From assembly GCA_001770205.1 (NCBI GenBank), contig MEQL01000039.1, positions 74,787-138,786 on the forward strand: a stretch of 64,000 bases of DNA, written 5' to 3'. Origin of the DNA: Bdellovibrionales bacterium RIFOXYD12_FULL_39_22. GTDB taxonomy: Bacteria; Bdellovibrionota; Bacteriovoracia; Bacteriovoracales; Bacteriovoracaceae. Every line of letters begins with the position of its first letter. The stretch's first letter is position 1. Shown here piece after piece: positions 20,607 through 30,271 of the stretch. A program made the position numbers and the translations under genes. The notes under the pieces are model-generated. The model had not been told where the DNA came from. It worked only from the letters and a program-made list of their open reading frames with translations, and searched no databases.

Positions 20607-20683
20607 TGGGGTGTAGCGCAGTTGGTCAGCGCAGTAGACTGTTAATCTATTGGTCGTGGGTTCAAATCCCACCTCCCCAGCCA
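20607..20683 (+). tRNA. tRNA-Asn(GTT)
   Basis: Cloverleaf TGGGGTG/CTCCCCA, D-arm GCGC, anticodon arm GTAGA-CTGTTAA-TCTAT (GTT at 20641-20643), T-arm GTGGG-TTCAAAT-CCCAC, encoded CCA. Confidence 0.96.
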
Positions 20684-20785
20684 ATTTTCAAAATCACCTT
20701 TTATCACCAACATATTAACCCAAGATCCGAAAGGGCCACCCTGGTCAATTTTTTATTATGTTTTAGATAAAAGGTCTTAATTTTT

Positions 20786-21352
20786 TTATTTAGGATCATT
20801 TGTATCACACTCTCCTCTGAATAATGGAAAACAACCTCGCTTGGTTTTTATTTTATTCCAAAACCACGACACCTCTTTTTTGTCCTCAAAATTATTTGGA
20901 TTACCACTCATACAAACATATGACTGGCCCCGTATTAAATCGTTAAAATGTTTTTTAACTGTTTGACAAAACTCAATGTCTCTAGCACTGCGATCATAAT
21001 AAAATTGTTTCACTCCGTTAATCTTAAACGTTATATTGAAATCACAAAGGGTCCGAGTCTCTTTATTCGGTCCTACAAATAAGTCGTCTTCCCAGCAAGA
21101 CGTTAGGTTGAATTTCCCATATTTCGTTGGAAAACATTGCCAGCGATAGGGTCCTACCCTCAAATCAGGCGCACCCTTTTTGTTCTCATTAAAATTGCGA
21201 ATCTCATATGTCAGATCCTCGGCAGTTAAAACACCATAATCATCTGTCAGCAAAACTTGGGGGTACTTTTTTCTTATAGCATTTTTTTGTTCGGTTTCAC
21301 CTGCATTAATGCTGACTTGAAATATAAATAAAATACAAAACAGAAAATACAT
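20786..21352 (-). CDS. secreted Cys-containing hypothetical protein
   Basis: Signal peptide ending SINA; several Cys; 1 nt downstream of the SLT gene. Confidence 0.75.
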   Translation of the reverse strand: MYFLFCILFIFQVSINAGETEQKNAIRKKYPQVLLTDDYGVLTAEDLTYEIRNFNENKKGAPDLRVGPYRWQCFPTKYGKFNLTSCWEDDLFVGPNKETRTLCDFNITFKINGVKQFYYDRSARDIEFCQTVKKHFNDLIRGQSYVCMSGNPNNFEDKKEVSWFWNKIKTKRGCFPLFRGECDTNDPK

Positions 21353-21353
21353 C

Positions 21354-22337
21354 TTAATTCATCCCCATCAGTTTAAGATATTTTTTTAAATCCATTCTAA
21401 TCTTTTTTGTTTCACCTGATTGACTTCTTGTTCGCCCCTTAAAATCCATTAAAACTTCTTCCCATGTAGGCTCTCTTTTTAATCTGTTTTTTGCTGTATC
21501 ACGTTTTCTAAATAACCAACGAATCCCTGCGCAAATATTTTTATTCGGGTTGTATATCTCATCATCTGTCAAAATAACAAACTGATCTTTTAACTCTTTG
21601 CGATCTCCACTTAAATTTCCTTGAGTATCTTCTGTTAATTGCATCAATCCTCGCGCGGGGCCAATTCTTTTTGGATTTGTTCCATTAAAGGATTTTGGAT
21701 CAAATGATGACTCCGTGGCAATCAGCGCCTTGACATGGTTGGGGTGAAGAGGAGGATTCACTTTAAACATATAATTCCAATATGCTGTCCACCCTGCTAT
21801 TATTTCATTGTACAAATTACTATTTTCTATATCCTCTAGTTTTACATTACTCGTTCGCACTGAAGCGTTTTTAAATCTTTCTGTCTGCGCCACTTGATCA
21901 ATCTCATCTCCCTTGATTATATCTTTTCCAGTTGGATTCTTTCGACAATGGCCATCAACATCTTCTACGTTTTTCTTCAGTCTCAAATGTTGAATAACCC
22001 AGTGTTCCCCTATTGCGCACACTCTCCATGGGTTATAAATTTTTATGTTATCTGTGTCAAAAAATGGCGCTTTATAAACTTCTCGACGAGAAACTAGACC
22101 ACCAACGGAACCAATCCAGAGTAGTAATTCTATAGCGGGATCTTTAAACTCTTGTCGCAAAACACCAACTGCTGCATCCACCTTCTTCTGATCAATCTTT
22201 TTTGGACTTTTTACGATGATCGTTTTGCTAAACTTTTTATTCCCCTTAACAAAAAAGAATTTTGCTCTATCTGCTTTGTCGAAGCTTTTTGCCAAGACTG
22301 TCTTTAAAATTTCTTTATTATTTTTGATCATATCCAA
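21354..22337 (-). CDS. lytic transglycosylase SLT-domain protein without signal peptide
   Basis: ALIATESSF (catalytic Glu), ARGLMQL and NICAGIRWL motifs. Confidence 0.85.
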   Translation of the reverse strand: MDMIKNNKEILKTVLAKSFDKADRAKFFFVKGNKKFSKTIIVKSPKKIDQKKVDAAVGVLRQEFKDPAIELLLWIGSVGGLVSRREVYKAPFFDTDNIKIYNPWRVCAIGEHWVIQHLRLKKNVEDVDGHCRKNPTGKDIIKGDEIDQVAQTERFKNASVRTSNVKLEDIENSNLYNEIIAGWTAYWNYMFKVNPPLHPNHVKALIATESSFDPKSFNGTNPKRIGPARGLMQLTEDTQGNLSGDRKELKDQFVILTDDEIYNPNKNICAGIRWLFRKRDTAKNRLKREPTWEEVLMDFKGRTRSQSGETKKIRMDLKKYLKLMGMN

Positions 22338-22562
22338 TAATATATATCAAAAGAGAGCAATTCAATTTAAATATTCTTGTCACTCTTTAGGAATATTTAG
22401 TTAGTTACATGACCTTTTATTCTTGTTTTCTAAATTATGACAATGCTTCTGCGAGAACAAACCGAGAACATCTAAATTTGTTCTCGGTTTTTCTACTTCA
22501 AATTATACCACCAGCAACCAATCAATTTTACTAAGATTAAAATCAGGATTTCTAGCAAAGAA

Positions 22563-22597
22563 GGTTCGATATGCAGCCCCGCTGGCCAGCCAATTTT
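22563..22597 (+). repeat. degenerate tRNA 3'-end copy (attR-like)
   Basis: GGTTCGAT...CCAGCCAATTTT resembles the tRNA-Asn T-loop and 3' end. Confidence 0.5.
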
Positions 22598-22652
22598 TTT
22601 AATCTTATTTTTTCAAACAAACAGAAGGATAAAGAGTTCTTTGTTTTTATAC

Positions 22653-23048
22653 TCACCATTCAATCATTTTGAGGGAAGCAATTTTTGAAAACTCTCTAAC
22701 GTTTCTGGTTATCAGAACTAAATCATGGGCAATTGCCGTTGCTGCTATCAGTAGATCATTATTTCCAACAGGATTGCCAGCAAGCTCCAAGTAAGTTCTA
22801 ATCTCGCCATAATGTTCTGCGGCCTGGTCATCAAAAAACAGGCACTCAAATTCATTAAAAAAGACTTTAAGTTTTTTTTCATTTTTTTCACGGTATAAAC
22901 TTTTTTTGGCTCCAAAAATAAGCTCGGCCTTTACTATGCTGCAAAGAAAAACGTCCTCCGGAGATAGCATTTGTAAATTCTTCAAAAAAAGCGAATCTCT
23001 ATTGTTCAACAAGCCGATGCAAATATTGGTATCTAGCAGGTACTTCAT
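22653..23048 (-). CDS. vapC: VapC PIN-domain toxin
   Basis: YLLDTNICI, ELIFGA, NDLLIAATA, LITRNVREF. Confidence 0.95.
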   Translation of the reverse strand: MKYLLDTNICIGLLNNRDSLFLKNLQMLSPEDVFLCSIVKAELIFGAKKSLYREKNEKKLKVFFNEFECLFFDDQAAEHYGEIRTYLELAGNPVGNNDLLIAATAIAHDLVLITRNVREFSKIASLKMIEW

Positions 23049-23057
23049 ATTTTAAAA

Positions 23058-23282
23058 TTACTCCAGATCATCTCTTTTTGTATTTTGCAATTCTGAAGCC
23101 TCTACGAATTCCTCCTCCCATGTCCCACATACTTTCAAAAAAGCACTGCTCCATTTCTTTGGGGAAACTTTTTGACTCAAAATTTCACTGACATAAGCGG
23201 AAATACTTTTGTGATTTTTCTTGGCCTCTTTCTTGACAGCCTTTTCAATTTCCTGAGGTAAGTACAGAGTTACTTGTCCCAT
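23058..23282 (-). CDS. vapB: VapB-type ribbon-helix-helix antitoxin
   Basis: QVTLYLP..KSISAYV RHH pattern with acidic tail; directly upstream of vapC; ATG 23282 after AAGGAG. Confidence 0.8.
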   Translation of the reverse strand: MGQVTLYLPQEIEKAVKKEAKKNHKSISAYVSEILSQKVSPKKWSSAFLKVCGTWEEEFVEASELQNTKRDDLE

Positions 23283-23338
23283 GCTAATCTCCTTCTGACA
23301 ATAGTATAGCATATTAACATATATGTGTCAATTATACT

Positions 23339-24487
23339 TCATAGAACAAAACCGCCCGCAGGCCGTGTAAAAATCTCTAGGTAATCAGAAAATTCAAATA
23401 GTCTGTTTTTCTTTCCGCCAGTTATTTCTCGCAATATTTTTATCTTCACAAACTCTTGAATAATATTATTGGCCGCCGGATGGGTTAGGTTTAAAAACTT
23501 TTGAACATCATTAGAATCAACCGTCGGACACTTAAAAAGGTGGTGTAGAAGCTCCCGCCCCTTCTCGGATCGCCTGCCAAGACTACTTATATGCTTCTCG
23601 CAAGATGATCGGAGCTTAACAATTTGCTCGAAAGAAATTCTACTATTTGAACTACTTTCAATAATTCCAGAAAGAAAAAATTTTATCCATTGCGTGAGGT
23701 CGCTCTGTTTTCTAACCATTGTTAAAGAATCATAGTATGCAGCTCGATGTCGGTTAAAAAAATCTGAGAGATAAAGAGTCGGTCTATCTAATAGATGCTC
23801 GCTTACAAGATAAAGCGTGATAAACAGTCTGCCGATTCTACCATTGCCATCCAAGAAGGGATGAATGGTTTCAAATTGATAATGTGATATGGCCGCCCTT
23901 ATTAGGTGCGGAACTGCAATTTGATCGTTATGCCAAAATTTCTCAAGATCGCTTAGTAGTTCTCCTAATTCTGAGCAATGGGGGGGGATAAAAAAAGCAT
24001 TTTTCAAACTCGAACCACCAATCCAATTTTGACTTGAACGAATTTCTCCAGGACTCTTGTTTTTTCCTCTGGTATTTGACAATAATATTTTATGAGCATC
24101 TTTTAACAGGCGAATTGAAAGTGGCAGCTTGTGCAAACTTTTAATAGATGCATTCATTGCTTTTGTATAACTTTGAACTTCCAACCAATCATCAATATGC
24201 TCTGGATTTATATCTTTTCTATTCATTACCGCTTCACTGACTTCAGTCTTTGTTCCTTCAATCATACTCGACGTTGTAGATTCTTTAGCAACGTGCATGT
24301 GAATAAAAAAATCAACATCTGGAATGAGTTTTCCATAAGCATTTAATTCTCCCAGAAGACGATTAGCATTCGAAAGTAAAACAATAATATCTGGGTCGGT
24401 AATATCAAACTGTCGATTGACTGGTGAGGGGGAAAAACTTTTATATTCATGCTGCTGCCTGAATTGTCCAGATTCAAAACTTTTCAT
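23339..24487 (-). CDS. Fic family protein (N-terminal domain, Fic core, C-terminal wHTH)
   Basis: HPFLDGNGRIGR catalytic motif; SSMIEG autoinhibitory motif. Confidence 0.93.
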   Translation of the reverse strand: MKSFESGQFRQQHEYKSFSPSPVNRQFDITDPDIIVLLSNANRLLGELNAYGKLIPDVDFFIHMHVAKESTTSSMIEGTKTEVSEAVMNRKDINPEHIDDWLEVQSYTKAMNASIKSLHKLPLSIRLLKDAHKILLSNTRGKNKSPGEIRSSQNWIGGSSLKNAFFIPPHCSELGELLSDLEKFWHNDQIAVPHLIRAAISHYQFETIHPFLDGNGRIGRLFITLYLVSEHLLDRPTLYLSDFFNRHRAAYYDSLTMVRKQSDLTQWIKFFLSGIIESSSNSRISFEQIVKLRSSCEKHISSLGRRSEKGRELLHHLFKCPTVDSNDVQKFLNLTHPAANNIIQEFVKIKILREITGGKKNRLFEFSDYLEIFTRPAGGFVL

Positions 24488-24495
24488 AAACCCCT

Positions 24496-24533
24496 GCCTA
24501 ATGTAAACATATTACTAAAAGCTTACATTAGGC
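24496..24533. promoter_or_regulatory. perfect 11-bp inverted repeat, candidate fic operator
   Basis: GCCTAATGTAA-N16-TTACATTAGGC abutting the fic RBS. Confidence 0.6.
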
Positions 24534-24607
24534 CACTGGATATGTAAAGTTTGCGTCAATACAAAACAAAAACAAAAAAAGGCCCTAAAAAACTTCCATC
24601 AGAATCT

Positions 24608-26347
24608 TCAAAAAGATTCCTTACTTACTTTTGGTAGCTCACAAATAAATGAAGTCCCTTTGTCAGGAGTGCTTTCAACTTTAATACTGCCACCATGTCG
24701 AAGTATAATGTGTTTAGCTATGGCAAGGCCAAGGCCAGTACCACCAAGTTCGCGAGAACGAGCTTGGTCTGCTCTATAAAATCTTTCAAACAGCCGAGGT
24801 AAATGAATAGGATCAATTCCAGGCCCATTGTCTTTAACTATCAACTGAACATTTTTGAGATCTGATTTCCATTCGATTTGGATCTCGGTATTTTCAGGAC
24901 AATACTTGTTTGCGTTGTCCAGTAAGTTAATCAATACCTGCTCAATGCGATGTGAATCTACATAAATTGATTTTTCTTCAAATTTTGCAATTACAGTTTG
25001 CGTTTTTTGCTCGATTGCGGCCTTTAGAGCAAGAATTGCTCGATGAGTAATTTCTTCTGCATCCACAAAAGATTTTTCAAGACTATCGCCAGATTCTAGA
25101 CCTGACAAATCTAATAAATCTCGTACCAAGGCCATAAGCCTCTCGGCGTTTCGATATATGGCCTCCGCAAATGCAACATCAGTGGTTTTATTTGCCCGCA
25201 AGTCTTCAAGTAATGTTTCTGAAAATCCTTTTATGGCAGTCAGGGGAGTTTTAAGTTCATGAGAAACATTGGCCACAAAATCAACTCTAATCTGTTCCGC
25301 GGCCTTGATCTGAGTAATATCAAAAAATATCCCAACAGCACCATATACGTTTTTATCTTTGTTTGTAAGTGGCGTTACCGAGAGAGAAATTGACTTTTCA
25401 CCATAAGCAAAAAAAATGATTTTCTCTTTTCCATTTAACGCAAGTTTAAACGCTTCATACACTTCTGGCACTCTAATCAAAGTCCATAAATTTTCAGATT
25501 GTGTATGAGAAAATAAGATCGAAAGATTTTCAAAAAGTTCACACAGCTTTTTATTCCAAAAAATGGCCTTGCTATTTTTATCAATTGCTAAAATGCCTTC
25601 GCCAATGTTGGCAAGAATTTGTCCATTGACTTCACGTTCTTTTGCTAAGATTTCATTTTGTTCGTCTACGTTTTGGCCAACTTTTTCAAGTGCGGATTCA
25701 ATTTCGGTCCATTCTCCGTAAAAATTCGTAAACAAATCCTGGCCCTTTTTTTCTTTGCCCGAGAGAATTTTATTAAGCCTTCCATAAAGTTCGCCTATAG
25801 GCAACACAAGTGCCCGACCACTCATAACTGAAAACAACAAAACCGTAAGTAACACTGCAAAAAGAAAAAATCCAAACGAGGTATCGAAATTTTTTAGTGA
25901 TTGATCTAAATCTTCAAGCGGAACCGCACCTCTGATAAACCAATTTCCACTTTTATTTTTCATGGCACCGTAGACGAATCGTATTTGAAGTGTCTCGCTT
26001 TTTCTTACATGAAATCCAAATTCATAAAGCTCTGCCGCCTGGACCTCCGGCCTTGAAGCATGATTTTCCATAATAGACGAATCATGTTGAGAGTCACACA
26101 ATACCAGTCCATCACCAGCAATAATAGTAAGCCGCAAATGTGGTGAAGAGTCACACGCAGCTTTATCTTGCAAATTTGTTATGTGAGCTGAAAGTGCAAT
26201 CAGCGTGCTTTTGAGTTGATTTTCAGACTGATGAATAACCTGCTCTTCAAAATAATAACGGCCGGCGAGGCCTACTGCCAATAAGGCACAAAAAGCAACA
26301 ATGGCCTGAATTAAAACAATGCGAGTGAAAATCTTCCATGGGAACAT
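24608..26347 (-). CDS. phoR: phosphate regulon sensor kinase PhoR
   Basis: MENHASRPEV, PAS, FVANVSHELKTPLT H-box, N/G boxes; within the pst operon. Confidence 0.92.
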   Translation of the reverse strand: MFPWKIFTRIVLIQAIVAFCALLAVGLAGRYYFEEQVIHQSENQLKSTLIALSAHITNLQDKAACDSSPHLRLTIIAGDGLVLCDSQHDSSIMENHASRPEVQAAELYEFGFHVRKSETLQIRFVYGAMKNKSGNWFIRGAVPLEDLDQSLKNFDTSFGFFLFAVLLTVLLFSVMSGRALVLPIGELYGRLNKILSGKEKKGQDLFTNFYGEWTEIESALEKVGQNVDEQNEILAKEREVNGQILANIGEGILAIDKNSKAIFWNKKLCELFENLSILFSHTQSENLWTLIRVPEVYEAFKLALNGKEKIIFFAYGEKSISLSVTPLTNKDKNVYGAVGIFFDITQIKAAEQIRVDFVANVSHELKTPLTAIKGFSETLLEDLRANKTTDVAFAEAIYRNAERLMALVRDLLDLSGLESGDSLEKSFVDAEEITHRAILALKAAIEQKTQTVIAKFEEKSIYVDSHRIEQVLINLLDNANKYCPENTEIQIEWKSDLKNVQLIVKDNGPGIDPIHLPRLFERFYRADQARSRELGGTGLGLAIAKHIILRHGGSIKVESTPDKGTSFICELPKVSKESF

Positions 26348-26350
26348 TTA

Positions 26351-27016
26351 TTAACCTCTTACTCGGTAGCCAATTCCTCTAATGGTCTCAATGACATCTT
26401 GACAGCTTTGCAATTTTTTTCTCAATCCAAAAATATGGGTGTCAATAGTTCGATCTGTAACATTTGTATCGCCTTGAACCAAATCCATAAGACGATCCCT
26501 TGATAGAACTCGCCCAGCATTTTGCATCATGGCCACAAGTAAACGAAACTCAGAGGGAGTTAAATCAATCGGAACATCTTTACAAAAAACTTCGTGTCGC
26601 TCTATATCTAAAGTCAGACCTTCGATTTTAAGTTTTTTATCCGAGCTTGAGTTTTTGCTCGCTCGTCGTAAAAGAGCATTGACTCGAGCGATTAGCACAT
26701 GCACATCAAAGGGTTTTGTTAAATAATCATCGGCCCCCATTTCAAGTCCTAGCACAACATCTTGAGAAGAGGCTCTTGCTGTAACCATTAAAACTGGAAT
26801 TTGCCTTCCTAGCTTCTTTAGAACATCTAGGCCCGAAAGGCCGGGAAGCATCCAATCCAAAATAATAAGATCAAAACTTAGAATCTTTTTTTTAACAAAC
26901 TCAAGTCCATCTTGGCCATTAGTTGCAATCACAACCTCGTGGCCTTCCCGTTTGAGTCGAGTAGAAATTAAAAAGGCCACATCTTTTTCATCTTCGATGA
27001 CTAAAACATGACTCAT
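26351..27016 (-). CDS. phoB: OmpR-family response regulator PhoB
   Basis: LDWMLPG, GADDYLTKPF, RTIDTHI, TIRGIGY; operon context. Confidence 0.88.
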   Translation of the reverse strand: MSHVLVIEDEKDVAFLISTRLKREGHEVVIATNGQDGLEFVKKKILSFDLIILDWMLPGLSGLDVLKKLGRQIPVLMVTARASSQDVVLGLEMGADDYLTKPFDVHVLIARVNALLRRASKNSSSDKKLKIEGLTLDIERHEVFCKDVPIDLTPSEFRLLVAMMQNAGRVLSRDRLMDLVQGDTNVTDRTIDTHIFGLRKKLQSCQDVIETIRGIGYRVRG

Positions 27017-27046
27017 TTTGATTTCCCTCCATCAACAAGTAGAACA

Positions 27047-27715
27047 TTATTTTGTCCTAGCTACGTGGCCATGACGAATGTCTTTACCTGAAATAACATA
27101 AATCACATCTTCTGCAATATTTGTAGCATGATCTCCAATTCTTTCAAGATGTCTTGCAATTAAAATTAGATGAAGTCCTTGATTTACATCATGAGGCCTT
27201 GTTTTTAGCACTTCTGCCACATCATTTTTAATTTTTGACTTTAAATTATCCACAAGATCATCTCTTTGCAAAACTTCATCGGCCAATTTTTCATTTTTAC
27301 TCACAAAGGAGTTTATCGACTCTCGAACCATTCCCTGTACCTCAGCACACATGATTGGCAAATTAACAAGTTGTTTAAGCGGAGTTCCTTGCAAATAATC
27401 TTCAGAATCATGGGCAATATTGACTGCCAGATCACCCATTCTCTCTAAATCTGTATTCATTTTTATAATTGCAATTAATAAACGTAGATCTGCGGCCAGT
27501 GGCTGGTGCAGTGCCAAAAGTTTAACGCAGGTTTCGTCGAGTGTCATGCTCTCTTGATTGATGGTATCTTCAATAGCATAAACTGATGAAATAAGAGTAA
27601 AGTCTTTTTTCTTAAGTCCTTCAATAGCATTGCCAATGGCCCGCTCCACATGGCCGGCCATAAGTACCAATTGATTTTTTAAATCCCTAAGAGATGCTTC
27701 AAAATGTCTCTCCAT
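27047..27715 (-). CDS. phoU: phosphate signalling protein PhoU
   Basis: QPLAADLR, DLERMGDLA, LERIGDHATNIAE. Confidence 0.96.
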   Translation of the reverse strand: MERHFEASLRDLKNQLVLMAGHVERAIGNAIEGLKKKDFTLISSVYAIEDTINQESMTLDETCVKLLALHQPLAADLRLLIAIIKMNTDLERMGDLAVNIAHDSEDYLQGTPLKQLVNLPIMCAEVQGMVRESINSFVSKNEKLADEVLQRDDLVDNLKSKIKNDVAEVLKTRPHDVNQGLHLILIARHLERIGDHATNIAEDVIYVISGKDIRHGHVARTK

Positions 27716-28473
27716 TATCCAAACCTCCCCGTTATATAGCGTTCAGTCCGCTCATCTTTTGGTGATGTAAATAGCTCTGACGTTGGAGCAAATTCAACTA
27801 AATCTCCTAAAAGAAAAAATGCCGTCTTATCAGAAATTCTTGCGGCCTGTTGCATATTGTGTGTAACGATCACAATCGTGACTTCTTGTTTTAATTCATT
27901 AATCAATTCTTCTATTTTTGCTGTTGAAATTGGATCAAGAGCACTCGTGGGTTCATCCATCAATAAAACTTTCGGCCCAATGGCCAAGGCCCTAGCAATA
28001 CAAAGCCGTTGTTGCTGACCTCCAGAAAGAGAGCTACCTGCTTGCGATAGTTTGTCTTTAACCTCGTCCCAAAGCGCAGCTAATTTTAGATTTTTCTCTA
28101 CCACTTCATTTAAAACACTTTTTCGTTTTATTCCTGAAAGAGTGAGTCCAGATGCCACATTATCGTAAATTGACATTGATGGAAATGGATTTGGCCTTTG
28201 AAAAACCATTCCGATCTTGCGTCTCAAACTTACCGGATCGACTTGCGCACTTAAAATATTTTCTTCTTCAAGCCAAGCATTCCCCTGCAAAAAAGCTCCA
28301 GCTATCTCTTCGTGTAAGCGATTTAGACAGCGAATAAAAGTGGATTTTCCACACCCAGAAGGGCCAATAATCGCCGTCACAGAATTTGGATTAACGCCAA
28401 GAGAAATATTTTTTAGTGCCTGCTGTTTACCAAACCACGCACTTAAATTTTGAACGTCTAATAATGGCCTCAT
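27715..28473 (-). CDS. pstB: phosphate ABC transporter ATPase PstB
   Basis: [30 protein letters not shown]. Confidence 0.97.
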   Translation of the reverse strand: MRPLLDVQNLSAWFGKQQALKNISLGVNPNSVTAIIGPSGCGKSTFIRCLNRLHEEIAGAFLQGNAWLEEENILSAQVDPVSLRRKIGMVFQRPNPFPSMSIYDNVASGLTLSGIKRKSVLNEVVEKNLKLAALWDEVKDKLSQAGSSLSGGQQQRLCIARALAIGPKVLLMDEPTSALDPISTAKIEELINELKQEVTIVIVTHNMQQAARISDKTAFFLLGDLVEFAPTSELFTSPKDERTERYITGRFG

Positions 28474-29348
28474 ATTTGTTTACCCTTACTTGTGTTAGTT
28501 CGCAGAAGTAAAATTCGCACAGACAAATTGACTACAAATACAAAAAGCACAAGAAGCAGTGCCCCGCCCCACGCTTGGGATTGCCAATCTTCAAAGGGAG
28601 AAATAGCATAATTAAAAATTTGTACTGAGAGTGAAGCAATGGGTTTATTAAATCCATCAAACCAAAAACGACTACTCAAGGCAGTAAATAAAAGTGGTGC
28701 AGTTTCTCCGGCCACTCTTGAGATTGCTAATATAACACCTGTTGAAATTGGCATTAAACTTCCTCTGACAATAATAAAAAGGGTGACCTTCCATCTAGGG
28801 ATTCCAAGGCCGAGACCTGCTTCTCTTACATGCGCCGGAATGAGTTTTAAAATTTCCTCAGTTGTTCTTGCAATGGTTGGAATCATCAATATGGAAAGTG
28901 CAACACCTCCCGCATTTGCAGAAAAACCTTTCATTGGGATTACAATAAGTTCATAAATAAAAAGTCCCACCACAATTGAAGGAATGCTCACAAGCATGTC
29001 TACACAAAAACGAACCACCGAAGCTGTTTTGCTTTTTCCATACTCGGATAAGTAAATTCCAATACTCACTCCCCATGGAATTCCGATCACACTCGCAATT
29101 CCTACTAAAATGGCAGTTCCCAGAAGCGCATTAGCAAGCCCTCCGCCTGATTCACCCACCGGGGCAGGAAGTTTGGTAAAAAAATCAAAATTCAGAGCAG
29201 AAAAACCAAGTTTAATAATATGAGCAAATACGGCAAACAATGGAAGGGCCGAAACAACAAAGGCCAGCACAATCATCGCCAACATACAATAGGATTTTAA
29301 ATTTCTTAGTCGGAAAGTGTGCTCCATCTGCTCTGAAAGTGAACTCAT
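28470..29348 (-). CDS. pstA: phosphate ABC permease PstA
   Basis: [10 protein letters not shown] and [15 protein letters not shown] 29348 overlaps the pstC stop. Confidence 0.95.
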   Translation of the reverse strand: MSSLSEQMEHTFRLRNLKSYCMLAMIVLAFVVSALPLFAVFAHIIKLGFSALNFDFFTKLPAPVGESGGGLANALLGTAILVGIASVIGIPWGVSIGIYLSEYGKSKTASVVRFCVDMLVSIPSIVVGLFIYELIVIPMKGFSANAGGVALSILMIPTIARTTEEILKLIPAHVREAGLGLGIPRWKVTLFIIVRGSLMPISTGVILAISRVAGETAPLLFTALSSRFWFDGFNKPIASLSVQIFNYAISPFEDWQSQAWGGALLLVLFVFVVNLSVRILLLRTNTSKGKQI

Positions 29349-30268
29349 CTGGTACTTCCTCTCAAACTTGCACGCCAAACAAAAACACGGGCCAATGAAT
29401 TTATAAAAAATGTGATCAAAAAAAGAACCAATCCGATTTCAAGAAGTGCTGAAATGTGAAGTGAGGAGGTTGCCTCAGAATATTCATTTGCAATAACACT
29501 CGACATACTTTGCCCGGGTGCAAAAAGTGAAATTGAAATATCAGAACGGTTGCCAATCACCATTGTTACCGCCATAGTTTCTCCAAGTGCTCGGCCGAGT
29601 CCTAAAATAACTGCCCCTAAAATTCCAGCACTTCCAGTTTTAATTACGGCCATTTTTATGACTTCCCATCTTGTGGCACCTAATGCCATTGCCGCCTCTC
29701 TATACGAGTTTGGAATGGAGAGAAAGACTTCCTTTGTCACTGCTGTGATTGTAGGAATAATCATGATGCTTAAAATAATTCCCGCAGCAAGCATTCCAAC
29801 TCCATAAGATGGCCCTTGAAATAGCGGTAAAAATCCAAGCGTTTTTCCTAGAAAAGGTTCAACATAAACGCGCAAGAAGGGAGCTAAAACATAAATTCCC
29901 CAGAGCCCATAAACCACACTCGGAATGGCCGCGAGCATTTCAATGATAAAGCTGGCACTTTTTTGTAACCGCCTGGAGGCAACCTCCGTTAAAAAAAGGG
30001 CAGTAAAAATACTTAAGGGGGCAGCAATTAAAATAGCAATCAATGAAGAGATTAATGTTCCAAAGACAAATGCCAAGATACCGTAATTGTCTCGTGCCGG
30101 ATCCCAAATTTTCGTACCTAGAAAATCAAATCCGAATTGATGTATTGAAGGAAGTGAGGCATTTAATAAAAAACCTCCAATACCTATAAGAAGGAGTGGC
30201 AAACAAATCGCCACTCCTTTTAAGAAAAAATAGAAGTATCGATCAAATCTATAAATTTCTCGTCTCAT
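29345..30268 (-). CDS. pstC: phosphate ABC permease PstC
   Basis: LAAIPSVVYGLWG and GRALGETMAV. Confidence 0.96.
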   Translation of the reverse strand: MRREIYRFDRYFYFFLKGVAICLPLLLIGIGGFLLNASLPSIHQFGFDFLGTKIWDPARDNYGILAFVFGTLISSLIAILIAAPLSIFTALFLTEVASRRLQKSASFIIEMLAAIPSVVYGLWGIYVLAPFLRVYVEPFLGKTLGFLPLFQGPSYGVGMLAAGIILSIMIIPTITAVTKEVFLSIPNSYREAAMALGATRWEVIKMAVIKTGSAGILGAVILGLGRALGETMAVTMVIGNRSDISISLFAPGQSMSSVIANEYSEATSSLHISALLEIGLVLFLITFFINSLARVFVWRASLRGSTR

Positions 30269-30271
30269 CTT

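Larger units (their letters stand above)
20677..22597. mobile_element. putative tRNA-Asn-integrated islet (no integrase seen)
   Basis: 12-bp direct repeat CCAGCCAATTTT at 20677-20688 and 22586-22597; low GGCC density inside. Confidence 0.55.

Noticed and set aside
20684..24600. Prophage or IS element
   Set aside because: No integrase, transposase or virion genes
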